A program made the position numbers and the translations under genes. The notes under the pieces were generated by a model, which was not told the DNA's origin, made no database searches, and worked only from the letters and a program-made list of their open reading frames with translations. Below are positions 10,963-21,399 of a DNA stretch of 64,000 nucleotides, in pieces (position 1 is the first letter of the stretch; each line of letters begins with the position of its first letter). The stretch spans positions 32,001 through 96,000 of the forward strand of contig JAVRCJ020000004.1 in assembly GCA_034530875.2 (NCBI GenBank), written 5' to 3'. This DNA is from Nostoc sp. DedSLP01 (GTDB lineage Bacteria > Cyanobacteriota > Cyanobacteriia > Cyanobacteriales > Nostocaceae).

Positions 10963-11895
10963 TCATCTAAGATATCGCTGCAAGAGGCCAATGACGACTT
11001 CTGGTACTTCTAAATGAGGTAAGATGCCGGCATCAGGGATTGGATAAAACTTTTCTATTGCATTAGGGTTTAGATTTGCCAATCTTCGTCCTAATTTGAT
11101 GCTAGTAAATTGGGCTTTTTCTCCCCAAAATATAACTGTGGGAATTGTTAATTGTTGAATATATAAACTCAAGTCAAAGTAAAGACTACCTTGTAAAAAT
11201 GCTAAAGCTGCAAATTTGGCATTGGGTTGTTGTGCAGAAGTTAAATAAGCTTCTACCATCTCTTGAGATACTCGTTGCGATTTGGCAAAAAGAAAATTTT
11301 CTAAAAAGTTTCGGACTGCAATTTCATTTTCAGCACCAAGAATATAAATCAAATCGTCTAATAGAGGCGTGTTGATGGCTGCTAGCGGAAGTCTGCGTCC
11401 GATACCTTGTCCAAAGTCATCAAACCCAGAAGGACAGACCAAAAATAATCTTTGGAATAAATTCGGTTGCATAATAGCTAGGCGAATCGCAAAAGCTGCT
11501 GTCAGCGACGAGGCTACCACTGTTACAGGCTGGCTACAGGTTTGGATGATAAACTCGGCGATGGTGCTAAGGTAATCTCTAATTTGATAGTCTCTGACTG
11601 GATGAGCCGATTCTCCCCAACCGATTAAATCAGGGGCTAAAATCTGGTAATTATAGGCAAAAGCTGGATAAACTTTAGACCATTCATAAGCAGATGCTCC
11701 ACCACCAAAGTTATGTAGAAATAGAAGTGGTGGTAAATCTTTCGTGTTAGCAATGTCTTTACTAACGCTTTCTGTATTAGATTCTGGATCTTGAGCGATC
11801 GCCCAAGATATATTCCTTTGAGTATAGTAAACCATAGCCCCCAAGGATGTATGGATGACTTGATGTCCAAAGCCAGGAGGTTGAAATTTAAGCAT
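10963..11895 (-). CDS. Alpha/beta fold hydrolase
   Basis: LLFLHNFGGG, APDLIGWGES, VASSL nucleophile elbow, PHLE. Confidence 0.85.
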   Translation of the reverse strand: MLKFQPPGFGHQVIHTSLGAMVYYTQRNISWAIAQDPESNTESVSKDIANTKDLPPLLFLHNFGGGASAYEWSKVYPAFAYNYQILAPDLIGWGESAHPVRDYQIRDYLSTIAEFIIQTCSQPVTVVASSLTAAFAIRLAIMQPNLFQRLFLVCPSGFDDFGQGIGRRLPLAAINTPLLDDLIYILGAENEIAVRNFLENFLFAKSQRVSQEMVEAYLTSAQQPNAKFAALAFLQGSLYFDLSLYIQQLTIPTVIFWGEKAQFTSIKLGRRLANLNPNAIEKFYPIPDAGILPHLEVPEVVIGLLQRYLR

Positions 11896-12070
11896 AAAAT
11901 TAAAAAATTGAGTTTAATGCGATCGTTAATAATTCATAATTCAGAATTCAGCAGTCAATAATCAGAAGTGATATTTTATTTTCATCAAGAGGTCGATCGC
12001 TCAATTTTTCTTCTGATTGTTTAACTCTTTTGACTGGAGAATTATGACTTGTGAATTCTGAGATTTATTT

Positions 12071-12574
12071 TTACTTTTGGTTGCTATCTGGTGTAACCTG
12101 AACAAGTTGATAAAGGTTATCACCACTAATATTATAGATTGCGCCAAAACCAATTACAAAACGACCTTCACGGGGAGTTAGCTGAAAAATCCGAAAATCG
12201 GATAAGCTACGCAAAACTTCTATAATTTGACCAAATCGACCTTGAAACTGTTCAACAATTTGATTCCACTTGTCAGTTTCACGCTCTATCAAAGTTGCTG
12301 TACAATCAAAACTCAAACGGGTACGACCAAAAATTTGCTTAGTTTTGTCTTCATCTTCGATAAATAAAACACTAACATTAGGATTGGCGTCGAGATTTGT
12401 TGTGTGAGTTGCAAGAGCGCTGACGTAAATGTAAATGTTTTTGGAATTATCGATTACAAAGGGAGCATAACTAGCGTTGGGTATTCCCTGTGCGCTAACG
12501 GTACTAATGATTATGCTTTGAAATTTTTCAGGAAATTTTTCGTACTCAGATTGGATGTTTTCCAGTTGACTCAT
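12071..12574 (-). CDS. Pyridoxamine 5'-phosphate oxidase-like / HugZ-HutZ family split-barrel protein
   Basis: PNASYAPF, SALATHTTNL, VSVLFIEDE, GRFVIGFG; start placed at MSQLE. Confidence 0.85.
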   Translation of the reverse strand: MSQLENIQSEYEKFPEKFQSIIISTVSAQGIPNASYAPFVIDNSKNIYIYVSALATHTTNLDANPNVSVLFIEDEDKTKQIFGRTRLSFDCTATLIERETDKWNQIVEQFQGRFGQIIEVLRSLSDFRIFQLTPREGRFVIGFGAIYNISGDNLYQLVQVTPDSNQK

Positions 12575-12650
12575 AATCGAGCTTTTATTTAAAAATAACA
12601 ATTAATTCTTTATTTTAACGTAAATTGCCTTTTTCTCATTCATCCCATAG

Positions 12651-12769
12651 TAGACCTCTTACAAAAGTGCTTTTTGCACTCTTGTGGGAAAAGGTTAAAG
12701 GGTAAAGGGAAAATAGCAGACCTTTCCCCATTTCCCCTTCCCCTTTTCCCGACTTCTGCAAGAAGTCTA
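12651..12769. mobile_element. MITE (family A, copy 2)
   Basis: TAGACCTCTTACAAAA ... TTCTGCAAGAAGTCTA, the same termini as 10838-10961. Confidence 0.7.
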
Positions 12770-13130
12770 GTGATGTTTATGGCTAATGGCTAATACTATT
12801 TGGCGAAATATTTGCTAAAGATACATCGGATAGAGGCTTACAGCACTGCGCCCATAGAGTTGATTGAAATGTTGCAAAGATTGTTGTCAATACTATAAAA
12901 TCTGTGAAAAAAATCACACTATGCTTAACGAATACCATCTTCTATAAGAAAACCTTCAATTTACTAAAATCTACAATGATAGTTTGCAAATAATTTATTA
13001 ACTAAGTTAATTAAACTTCATCGATTATGGAAACTAGAGCTTTGTAACAAAAGATAGGCAATAATACGATACAAATGAAGTACAGAAGAAAGCAATAATT
13101 AACAAACTTTGAGCGTAATAACTATATATA

Positions 13131-13201
13131 GCAATTTACGATCTAGTTATCGTTCAAGTATTAAACTGTAAGAGAAAGCACCTGAGTAAGCGGAAACAAC
13201 A
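13131..13201 (+). pseudogene. Decayed remnant of the Ada AraC-type HTH/linker
   Basis: Reads AIYDL/(1-nt shift)/YRSSIKL*EKAPE*; the part after the shift is in frame with the downstream ATG and resembles Ada 'A.YD.GY.SSS.LYEKA'. Confidence 0.5.
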
Positions 13202-13699
13202 ATGTCTATTGTTTATGCGATCGCTCCATGTACGCTAGGATATCTGCTTGTGGCAACAACACAAAAGGGCATCTGCGCGGTAAGATTAGGCGATCGACCA
13301 GAGAAATTGAAACAAACTTTCACCGAAGAATTTCACCAAGCCCACATAGTCCGCGATGACGAAACACACCAAGATTGGATACATACAATCCTCAACTTGA
13401 TGGTGGGAGGTAAAGCACATCTCGATTTACCGCTTGATGTGCGCGGGACAGCATTTCAGAAACAGGTATGGCAAGCATTACAGAAAATTCCCTATGGCCA
13501 AACGCGCACTTACACTGATATTGCCCGTGAGATTGCCAAACCCCAGGCATTCCGCGCAGTGGCAAATGCTTGTGGAGCTAACCCGGTAGCGCTGATTGTA
13601 CCATGTCACCGCGTGTTGCGAAGTGATGGCAGTCTTGGTGGCTATCGGTGGGGAATTGAACGCAAACAAAAGCTGATTACACAAGAATCACAACGCTAA
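13202..13699 (+). CDS. ogt: Methylated-DNA--protein-cysteine S-methyltransferase (Ada C-terminal/Ogt-like)
   Basis: GTAFQKQVWQAL, IPYGQTRTY, RAVANAC, PCHRV active site, GGYRWG. Confidence 0.9.
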   Translation: MSIVYAIAPCTLGYLLVATTQKGICAVRLGDRPEKLKQTFTEEFHQAHIVRDDETHQDWIHTILNLMVGGKAHLDLPLDVRGTAFQKQVWQALQKIPYGQTRTYTDIAREIAKPQAFRAVANACGANPVALIVPCHRVLRSDGSLGGYRWGIERKQKLITQESQR

Positions 13700-13847
13700 A
13701 GACGGGATTAGGGCATAGGACAGGGAAAATGCATCTTATTTACTAATAAAAACTAAATAAGGGTTCAAAATGACATAGATAACTGTAAAAATTACTCAAT
13801 TTTATAAGCAAAATAAATCAACAATCTTTTAGCGTCTAGGATAATGA

Positions 13848-13891
13848 GAAAGGCTCTCTTAGACGATTCAAATCTATGGCTAGAGCCTTTC
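13848..13891. terminator. Possible bidirectional terminator between convergent genes
   Basis: GAAAGGCTCT...AGAGCCTTTC inverted repeat. Confidence 0.4.
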
Positions 13892-13928
13892 GTCTTTAAA
13901 TGCAGGGTATGCTTGCTTATTATATTGC

Positions 13929-14375
13929 TTACATAGAGCGATAATTACCAATCACTTTACATTCAATTCGACCACGCTCTCCTATGCCACTTCCACCACG
14001 AGCATTGTAACTAACTATCACCCTTACAGGTATACCAACTGTTATCTCTTGTCCTATATCAGGGAGAAAGACCTTGCGCTCTTCGTACTCGAATCTGGGG
14101 GGGAAGCAACCTGAACCAGTTCCACGTTCATCTAGTGGCTCAACTTTAACTGACTCAGGAATAATAGCCCAAGGTGCATTAGGTCTTTCTGAAGGCTGAT
14201 CGGGCCATATAATGTCACCAGAGCATGATTTACGTCCGCTTCCAATACTTGTAGCCCCAGAAGTACACCCTCCTTGGTCATTAAAGGGTCTGTCTATTGG
14301 TTGTGCAAAGACAGGAGAAATGACCATAGTATAAAGAATAGAAATAATGGAAAAAGGAAAAAAAATTCTTTTCAT
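13929..14375 (-). CDS. Hypothetical secreted protein with 4 Cys
   Basis: Signal peptide ending VFA; 148 aa ATG ORF. Confidence 0.7.
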   Translation of the reverse strand: MKRIFFPFSIISILYTMVISPVFAQPIDRPFNDQGGCTSGATSIGSGRKSCSGDIIWPDQPSERPNAPWAIIPESVKVEPLDERGTGSGCFPPRFEYEERKVFLPDIGQEITVGIPVRVIVSYNARGGSGIGERGRIECKVIGNYRSM

Positions 14376-15092
14376 GGTTAATCAGATTTCCATTAGGTAA
14401 AAAGTATTTCTATTGCATTAAACAATACCTTTTGTCAAAAACAGGGGTAATCTAACTTTTACCAAAACAGCCCAAAACAAGTGCGGGCTTGAATATTAAG
14501 CAAAATGTCAAATGTGAAGCAGACTTACAGGAAAGTAAAAATTAAAATTACTCCTACAAAAGCCATACAAGATTTTATAGGCTCAGTTTTTTATCTCAGA
14601 GCAAAAACAAGCGTATAAAATCTTATATTTTTATCTATATTCATACTTTATATTGGCGAAGGTATTGATGAAACAGAAAAAGTACATAACTAATAATGTA
14701 TAGTTGAATATACTGAAAAATATCAAAAATATATAAATCTCAATAACTATAGGGAGCAAGGCAATTTTCTGAAGTCAGACAAAAAATGAGCGATGCCTTC
14801 GGGAGCATCCGAAGAGGACAAGGGGAAAGACTTGTTGCAAGTTCTCATACCAATTGGAAAAAAGAATGCGGCAGATACATAAGCTCAAACCTTCGCGATC
14901 GCGCTCTTTTATTAATCTCATCAGAGAATAATATAGTAAAGTACCGCAAACTTTTAGCTGGGCTATGTTTGGGGGATAGAACTTTCATCAATAAATAAAC
15001 CGATTATAAACTTTGTTAATTAAAATATTTCTCACTATTAAAAGGTGATTTTATGAGAATAAACTTCAATATATACTTAAAAGAGGTAAAAA

Positions 15093-15956
15093 ATGCCAAA
15101 AGATTCAATATTTAGTAATCGTACAGCAGTATTGGCAACAATGCACCGAAAAGAAAAAGCGATCGCTCCAATTTTAGAAACAGAATTAGGAATTAAAGTT
15201 ATCGTTCCTCAAGATTTTAATACTGATGTTTTCGGTACATTTACTAGAGAAATAAAACGTCCGGCTAATCAAATTGAAACTGCGAGGCTGAAAGCAAAAC
15301 AAGCATTAGAATTGACTGGCGAAAGTACAGCCTTAGCTAGCGAAGGTAGTTTTGTTCCTCATCCAGGTATTCCTTTTCTTTATAGTAATAGAGAAATAGT
15401 AATTATTTTAGATAAAAACTTAAATTTAGAAATTATTGGCGAGGAATTTTCTTTAGAAACTAATCATAATCATACTGTTGTAGAAAACGTTGAACAAGCA
15501 TTACAGTTTGCAAAAAAAGTAGGCTTTCCTGAACATGGTTTAATCGTCATGTTTAGCGAAGATGCTCAAGGCAATGGGGAAATTATTAAAGGAATTATTA
15601 CAGAAAAAGAACTTGTAGAAGCTGTAAATTCTGTTATTAAAAACTCACCGACAGGGAAAGCTCATCTGGAAACAGATATGCGGGCAATGTATAACCCTAC
15701 ACGTATGCAGAATATTGCTAAAGCTACTCAAGATTTAATCAGAAAAATTAAAAGTTTTTGTCCAGAATGTTCTACCCCTGGTTTCCAAGTTATTAAAAGA
15801 ATTCCGGGATTACCTTGTGGACTATGCCAGATGCCGACTCCTTTAACTCTTAATGTTATTTATCAATGTCAAAAATGTGGATTTAGTAAAGAAAAACTAT
15901 TTCCGAATGGAAGCGAATACGCCGATCCAGCACAATGTATGTATTGCAATCCTTAG
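15093..15956 (+). CDS. DUF6671-like protein with C-terminal Cys-rich zinc-binding region
   Basis: LATMHRKE, TDVFGTFTRE, ASEGSF, ETDMRAMYNPTRM, four CxxC motifs; AAGAGG RBS. Confidence 0.8.
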   Translation: MPKDSIFSNRTAVLATMHRKEKAIAPILETELGIKVIVPQDFNTDVFGTFTREIKRPANQIETARLKAKQALELTGESTALASEGSFVPHPGIPFLYSNREIVIILDKNLNLEIIGEEFSLETNHNHTVVENVEQALQFAKKVGFPEHGLIVMFSEDAQGNGEIIKGIITEKELVEAVNSVIKNSPTGKAHLETDMRAMYNPTRMQNIAKATQDLIRKIKSFCPECSTPGFQVIKRIPGLPCGLCQMPTPLTLNVIYQCQKCGFSKEKLFPNGSEYADPAQCMYCNP

Positions 15957-15961
15957 ATAAC

Positions 15962-16048
15962 GAAGGCAGGAGGCAGGAGGCCATTTTTGTAACCAGGATT
16001 TATATCCCATTCCAAAAACTTTGAACGAAGTACGGTTTTAGACCCGAT
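15962..16048 (+). repeat. Dispersed ~85-nt repeat (family B, copy 1)
   Basis: GAAGGCAGGAGGC..TTTTTGTAAC.AGGATTTATA...TTCCAAAAACTTTG..C.AAGTACGGTTTTAGACC; also at ~29277 and ~33653. Confidence 0.8.
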
Positions 16049-16140
16049 TGATTGTGCGGATTGCGTTCTACAAAATAAATTACGGGTGCTGTATCGAGGA
16101 ATAAGCGAGAAACTCCAGACAACGCATCACTAATCCTCAT
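16000..16140 (-). pseudogene. Truncated PIN-domain (VapC-like) toxin
   Basis: MRISDALSGVSRLFLDTAPVIYFVERNPH, then the frame runs into repeat family B and stops (46 aa); ATGA overlap with the upstream gene. Confidence 0.75.
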
Positions 16141-16388
16141 TCCTCTCCTCGCAATAACGGTTCTCGATGCTCATCTCCTTCCTGTCGAGTCCGCGAAACC
16201 CATTCTTGAGCATCTTCACCTAATAAAGGATAGGGTGCCATACCTTTCAAATCGCTCCACTTGCGTTTTGGCTGCGCTTGCGTGATGTGTTTCTTCACGC
16301 GTTCCACTAAATGCCCCATCACTGTCAATTGTTCTTCTGGAGTCAGTTGTTCAATCTCGCTTAAAATTTTCTCAAGTGACAAACTCAT
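16137..16388 (-). CDS. Putative antitoxin of a VapBC-like pair
   Basis: 83 aa; LTPEEQL, WSDLKG, GEDAQEWVSRTR are typical of PIN-associated antitoxins; coupled to the PIN remnant. Confidence 0.7.
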   Translation of the reverse strand: MSLSLEKILSEIEQLTPEEQLTVMGHLVERVKKHITQAQPKRKWSDLKGMAPYPLLGEDAQEWVSRTRQEGDEHREPLLRGEE

Positions 16389-16580
16389 GAAATTAAACTC
16401 TTGCCAACTGCTGTAAATTTTAGCTTAATTCGGCAGAAATCCCACTTCTAAAGATATTGCCGAATATAAGATGAATAGCCAGACAAAAACATAAGTTTAA
16501 TAATAGATTGGGCATCACGGTAAGCCCAATAAAATCTAAAACACTTGGGTTCATTTGGCTACGGCTACTACGTCTAAAAG

Positions 16581-16615
16581 AAAAGCCCTCTAGTTACTAG
16601 TTAGAAGAGGGCTTT
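16581..16615 (-). terminator. Intrinsic terminator of aspC
   Basis: AAAAGCCCTCT...AGAGGGCTTT inverted repeat 30 nt past the stop. Confidence 0.6.
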
Positions 16616-16645
16616 GTGATATGACAAATAACAAATGACAAATAA

Positions 16646-17812
16646 CTAAATACGCGAGTTGACAAATTTCTCTAACCTATCCATACCCTTTTCAATTGTT
16701 GCCAAATCAGTGGCGTAGGAAAGGCGAATGTTGTCATCAGCACCAAAGGCAATTCCGGGAATGACTGCGACTTGATGTTCTTCTAGCAAGGCGTCGCAAA
16801 ATTCCAAAGATTTTAGACCGGTTTTGCTGATATCGGGAAACAGATAAAAAGCGCCATCCGGTTTAGGGGTACTCAGTCCGGGAATGACGTTGAGTCTGTC
16901 TAACATTACCTGTCGGCGTTTGGCGAATGCTTGGCGCATTTCTTCTACGCAGTCTTGGGGACTTTCTAGCGCTGCGATCGCTCCATATTGAGCAAAGGTA
17001 CACACGTTAGATGTACTATGCCCTTGAATAGAACTCGTGGCTTTAATAATTTCCACTGGCCCCGCTAAATAACCAAGTCTCCAACCAGTCATCGAGTAAG
17101 CTTTGGCAAACCCATTACTGATTAAAGTCCGGCTAAAAATTTCCTGACCTAGAGAACCAATGCTGATATGTTCTGCACCATCGTAGAGAATTTTTTCGTA
17201 AATCTCATCAGAAACAACAAAGATATCTGCATCAACTATTACCTGTGCCAATGCTTTGATTTCATCTGGCGTGTAAACCATCCCCGTAGGATTGGATGGA
17301 GAGTTGAGGATAAATAGCTTTGTTTTGGGGGTGATGGCTTTACGGAGTTGTTCGGGAGTAATTTTATAGCCCGTACTTGCATCTGTGGGAACAATCTTGG
17401 AAACTCCGCCGACTAATGTCACCATTTCCGGATAACTTAGCCAGTAAGGTGCCGGGATAATGACCTCATCACCTGGATCGATTAACGCCACAATTAAATT
17501 GTACAGAGAATGCTTACCGCCATTAGTGACGATGACATTCTCCGGCTTATAATCAAGACCGTTATCAGTTTTAAGCTTACGGGCGATCGCTTCCCTTAGC
17601 TTTGGTTCTCCGGCTGCTGCACCGTACTTGGTTTTGCCTTCATCCAAAGCTTTTGCTGCTGCGGCTTTGATATGCGCTGGCGTATCAAAATCTGGTTCCC
17701 CAGCGCTAAAACTACAAACATCTATACCCTCTGCCTTCATTGCCTTAGCCTTGGCTGCGATCGCTAAGGTTAATGAAGGTTTTACCTGACTTACTCTTTC
17801 TGCCAGCTTCAT
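16646..17812 (-). CDS. aspC: Aspartate aminotransferase (class I PLP-dependent)
   Basis: [39 protein letters not shown] lysine motif; start placed at MKLAERV. Confidence 0.9.
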   Translation of the reverse strand: MKLAERVSQVKPSLTLAIAAKAKAMKAEGIDVCSFSAGEPDFDTPAHIKAAAAKALDEGKTKYGAAAGEPKLREAIARKLKTDNGLDYKPENVIVTNGGKHSLYNLIVALIDPGDEVIIPAPYWLSYPEMVTLVGGVSKIVPTDASTGYKITPEQLRKAITPKTKLFILNSPSNPTGMVYTPDEIKALAQVIVDADIFVVSDEIYEKILYDGAEHISIGSLGQEIFSRTLISNGFAKAYSMTGWRLGYLAGPVEIIKATSSIQGHSTSNVCTFAQYGAIAALESPQDCVEEMRQAFAKRRQVMLDRLNVIPGLSTPKPDGAFYLFPDISKTGLKSLEFCDALLEEHQVAVIPGIAFGADDNIRLSYATDLATIEKGMDRLEKFVNSRI

Positions 17813-18043
17813 TCTTAGTTTTTTTGGCAAATCTTTCACTTACTTAAGCATATCCCAGAATACCCACCGAGATTTGCCTTTTGCAAGATGACAAACAAAA
17901 AAAACATCATATCGCGTTTAGAGGCAGTGGGGCAGAGGGTCTTGCCCCCCTAAGCTGTTAAGCATTTAATTTACACATTGAGACGGCAAGGGGCAGGGTT
18001 TGCAGCTTTTATTACTATGAAAATAGTGCAATTTAAAGGACGA

Positions 18044-18667
18044 TTAGCTTACCTTGGCTGTAGCTACCATTAATCCCCAAAACAAACCGAAACGAACTTT
18101 AGTCGCACGAGAAACTACAAGATTGGCAGAAGTTAAGAAACGATGAAATTCATCTTGGGTATAACATTGCCGATGCGCTGGGTCAAAAATCTTGAGTATC
18201 GCGTCCAAAATTTTGCAAAATAAATAATCTTTACACCAATCTAAAATTACAATTTTGCCATTGGGTTTGAGTACGCGTTGCATTTCGATTAATGCTGTCG
18301 ATGGCTCGTTAAAGTAATGGAATGAACTGGCAGACACAATTATATCAAAACTATTGTCAGCAAACGGTAACGCTGAGGCACTGGCATTATGAAATGAAAC
18401 TTGGGGATAAATTCTACATTTTTCTTGAGCAATTGCTAACATTTCTTCTGAAATATCTACTCCGACAATTTTTAGATTTGGATTTTTAGCTAATAGCAAC
18501 TTTTCAAACTCACCTGTTCCGCAAGCAACATCAAGTACAGTATCTAGTGGTGAGATTTCTGCCCAGGTTTTGAGAAAAGAAAGCGTATTATAAATATAAT
18601 TTTTCCAACGGCGATCGTATATAGATGCCAGATGGTTGTATTGTTTGCGAACTGTGGTTTCGATCAT
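18044..18667 (-). CDS. Class I SAM-dependent methyltransferase (UbiE-like)
   Basis: VLDVACGTG, GVDISEEML, LPFADNSFD, RVLKPNG. Confidence 0.9.
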   Translation of the reverse strand: MIETTVRKQYNHLASIYDRRWKNYIYNTLSFLKTWAEISPLDTVLDVACGTGEFEKLLLAKNPNLKIVGVDISEEMLAIAQEKCRIYPQVSFHNASASALPFADNSFDIIVSASSFHYFNEPSTALIEMQRVLKPNGKIVILDWCKDYLFCKILDAILKIFDPAHRQCYTQDEFHRFLTSANLVVSRATKVRFGLFWGLMVATAKVS

Positions 18668-18852
18668 TTCTGACTTGAAAAAGGGTGTAGGGTGTGGGGT
18701 TGCAGGTTCGGGAATATTCCTTTTTCCTGCACGATCGTGAAATTTATTTTATTGCGATTTCCTCCTGCCTTCTGCCTAAAGATACAAGCTTTTTAGCAGT
18801 AGTTTATGTGAATCTCGACTGAGGAAAGTAGTTATCTTTATACATAGGGATT

Positions 18853-21195
18853 ATGCCGCAATATTTTGGACAGCTGCATACAGCCGAGTCGCCTTGGTCA
18901 ATTTTAGGAGCAGTACAAGCAATACAACAAGACGATCGCCATATCCTCCTCAAATGCGGCATTCCCTGTTTAAAGATTAGCGTTCTAGCGCCAAACTTAA
19001 TTCGTGTCAGGATGACGCCGACTGGTGAATTTTCCCCGAGGCGATCGTGGGCTGTAACGCCAGCGGATGAAGAATGGCCAAAAGTACCATTTGAGGTACG
19101 AGAACAAGCACAGACGATAGAAATTACAACCGAGGAATTGTCTGTTGTCGTCTCTCGCAATCCTTGTCGGATTCAGTGCTTCGACTCAGCAGGGCAGCCC
19201 TTTGCTGAAGATGCAGATATGGGAATGGCATGGCGGACTGGTGCTGTTGCTGGGTGGAAGCGGATAGAAGCAGAAGAACATTTTTATGGTTTCGGCGAAC
19301 GTACTGGCTTATTAGATCGGCGATCGCAAGTCACAACTAACTGGACAACTGATGCCCTTGATTATGGGGTTCTGACAGATAGTATGTATCAAGCAATTCC
19401 CTTTTTTATCGCCTTGCGTCCGGGGTTGGGTTACGGCCTTTTTTTGAATACTACTTTTTGGAGCAGATTCGATATGGGCGCACAGCAACCTGGAATCTGG
19501 CGCATGGAAACTCAAGGAAGCGAACTCGATTATTACATTATTTACGGCCCGGAACCTGCAAAAATTATCCAGACTTACACCCAGCTAACTGGACGGATGC
19601 CCTTACCACCCAAATGGTCGTTAGGTTACCACCAATGCCGCTGGAGTTACGAATCACAGGATATCGTACAGAAACTAGCACAGGAATTTCGCCAAAGACA
19701 AATTCCTTGTGATGTTATCCATTTAGATATTGACTACATGAGTGGCTATCGGGTTTTTACCTGGAGTCCCAAGCGATTTGCTAACCCTCAAGAATTAATT
19801 CAAAATCTCAAGCAAAATGGCTTTAAAGTCACGACAATTATCGATCCAGGGGTAAAGTACGAACCAGAAGCAGATTACAAAGTATTTGATGAGGGATTAA
19901 AGAACGATTATTTTGTCCGTAAAACTAACGGTCAGCTATTCCACGGTTATGTTTGGCCTGACAAAGCTGTGTTTCCTGATTATCTGCGTCCCGAAGTTCG
20001 AGAATGGTGGGGAGATTTACTCAAGAGCTTAACCGACATCGGTGTTGCGGGTATCTGGAATGACATGAATGAACCCGCACTAGACGATCGCCCATTCGGC
20101 GACCCTGGCAACAAAATTTCCTTTCCCCTCGATGCCGCCCAAGGGTCAGCTGACGAAAGAACTAACCACGCTGAAACCCATAACCTGTACGGCTTAATGA
20201 TGGCACAGGCGTCTTATCAAGGACTTGCAAAATCGCGTCCGACAGAACGCTCCTTTTTCTTAACACGCTCAGGATTTGCAGGCATTCAGCGTTGGTCAGC
20301 AGTATGGACAGGAGACAATCAATCTCTGTGGGAATACTTAGAAATGTCCATACCAATGCTTTGTAACTTGGGGTTATCAGGGGTTCCCTTTGTGGGTGCT
20401 GATATTGGGGGATTTGCTGGGAATGCGACGGCGGAACTATTTGCTCGTTGGATGCAGTTGGGAATGCTTTATCCGGTCATGCGGGGACATTCAGCATTAA
20501 CAACAGCACAGCATGAACCTTGGACATTTGGCGATCGCGTTGAAAAAATTTGTCGCCAATACATTGAACTTCGTTACCAACTCTTACCCTACATTTACAC
20601 CCTTTTCTGGGAAGCCGCAACCACTGGCGCACCAATTCTGCGTCCCCTGCTTTATCATTTTCCCAATGACCCCAAGACTTTCGCCCTCGCAGACCAAGTA
20701 ATGCTTGGTTCATCATTACTAGCAGCACCAATTTATCGCCCAGGTGTCGAACACCGTGCCGTATATTTGCCTGAAGGTCATTGGTATGATTGGTGGAGTG
20801 GTGATACTTTTACAGGGCCGACTCATATTTTGGCACACGCACCACTCGAGCAAATGCCACTCTACGTCCGTGCTGGCTCAATTATTCCAATGGCACCAGT
20901 CATGCAATATGTAGATGAACGTCCCATAGACCAGATGAGGTTACGCATCTGGAAAGGCACAGGTGAGTTTACCCTTTATGAAGATGACGGTCATACTTTT
21001 GAATACAAAACAGGAGCCTTTTGCACAACAGTTTACCGCATTGATTCACAAGAGCAAGAAACTATTGTTGAAATTGAAACTAGAAAAGGAGAATTTTCAC
21101 CTGCAACACGTGAAATTATTGTGGAACTAGTTGGCATTGGCGAACAAAGCTTTGTAGATGATGGCACCGCACATCAGTTAAAGTTCTCTACTTAG
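18853..21195 (+). CDS. Glycoside hydrolase family 31 (alpha-glucosidase)
   Basis: LDIDYM, WNDMNEP nucleophile, WTGDN acid/base, GADIGGF, YEDDG. Confidence 0.95.
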   Translation: MPQYFGQLHTAESPWSILGAVQAIQQDDRHILLKCGIPCLKISVLAPNLIRVRMTPTGEFSPRRSWAVTPADEEWPKVPFEVREQAQTIEITTEELSVVVSRNPCRIQCFDSAGQPFAEDADMGMAWRTGAVAGWKRIEAEEHFYGFGERTGLLDRRSQVTTNWTTDALDYGVLTDSMYQAIPFFIALRPGLGYGLFLNTTFWSRFDMGAQQPGIWRMETQGSELDYYIIYGPEPAKIIQTYTQLTGRMPLPPKWSLGYHQCRWSYESQDIVQKLAQEFRQRQIPCDVIHLDIDYMSGYRVFTWSPKRFANPQELIQNLKQNGFKVTTIIDPGVKYEPEADYKVFDEGLKNDYFVRKTNGQLFHGYVWPDKAVFPDYLRPEVREWWGDLLKSLTDIGVAGIWNDMNEPALDDRPFGDPGNKISFPLDAAQGSADERTNHAETHNLYGLMMAQASYQGLAKSRPTERSFFLTRSGFAGIQRWSAVWTGDNQSLWEYLEMSIPMLCNLGLSGVPFVGADIGGFAGNATAELFARWMQLGMLYPVMRGHSALTTAQHEPWTFGDRVEKICRQYIELRYQLLPYIYTLFWEAATTGAPILRPLLYHFPNDPKTFALADQVMLGSSLLAAPIYRPGVEHRAVYLPEGHWYDWWSGDTFTGPTHILAHAPLEQMPLYVRAGSIIPMAPVMQYVDERPIDQMRLRIWKGTGEFTLYEDDGHTFEYKTGAFCTTVYRIDSQEQETIVEIETRKGEFSPATREIIVELVGIGEQSFVDDGTAHQLKFST

Positions 21196-21240
21196 CTTTT
21201 TAGATTTTTTTCATTCCGAATTCCAAATTACGAATTAGGC

Positions 21241-21333
21241 GTAGGTTGGGTTGAGGAACGAAACCCAAAATTTTTGGTGTTGTTGGGTTTTACTACGTAC
21301 CCCCACGGAGAAGCAAGCTACAACCCAACCTCC
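21241..21333. repeat. REP-like inverted pair with an inserted small dispersed repeat
   Basis: GTAGGTTGGGTTGAG..AAACCCAA ... TTGGGTTT..CAACCCAACCT, with TACCCCCACGGAGAAGCAAGCTA inside. Confidence 0.5.
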
Positions 21334-21399
21334 AATTATCCTTCACTTTTTTAATTACAAATTACGTTAGCGTAGCCCATTACAAATGACGAATTAGTA

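Noticed and set aside
14786..14998. 70-aa ORF
   Set aside because: No recognisable motif and begins in repeat-like sequence; unsupported
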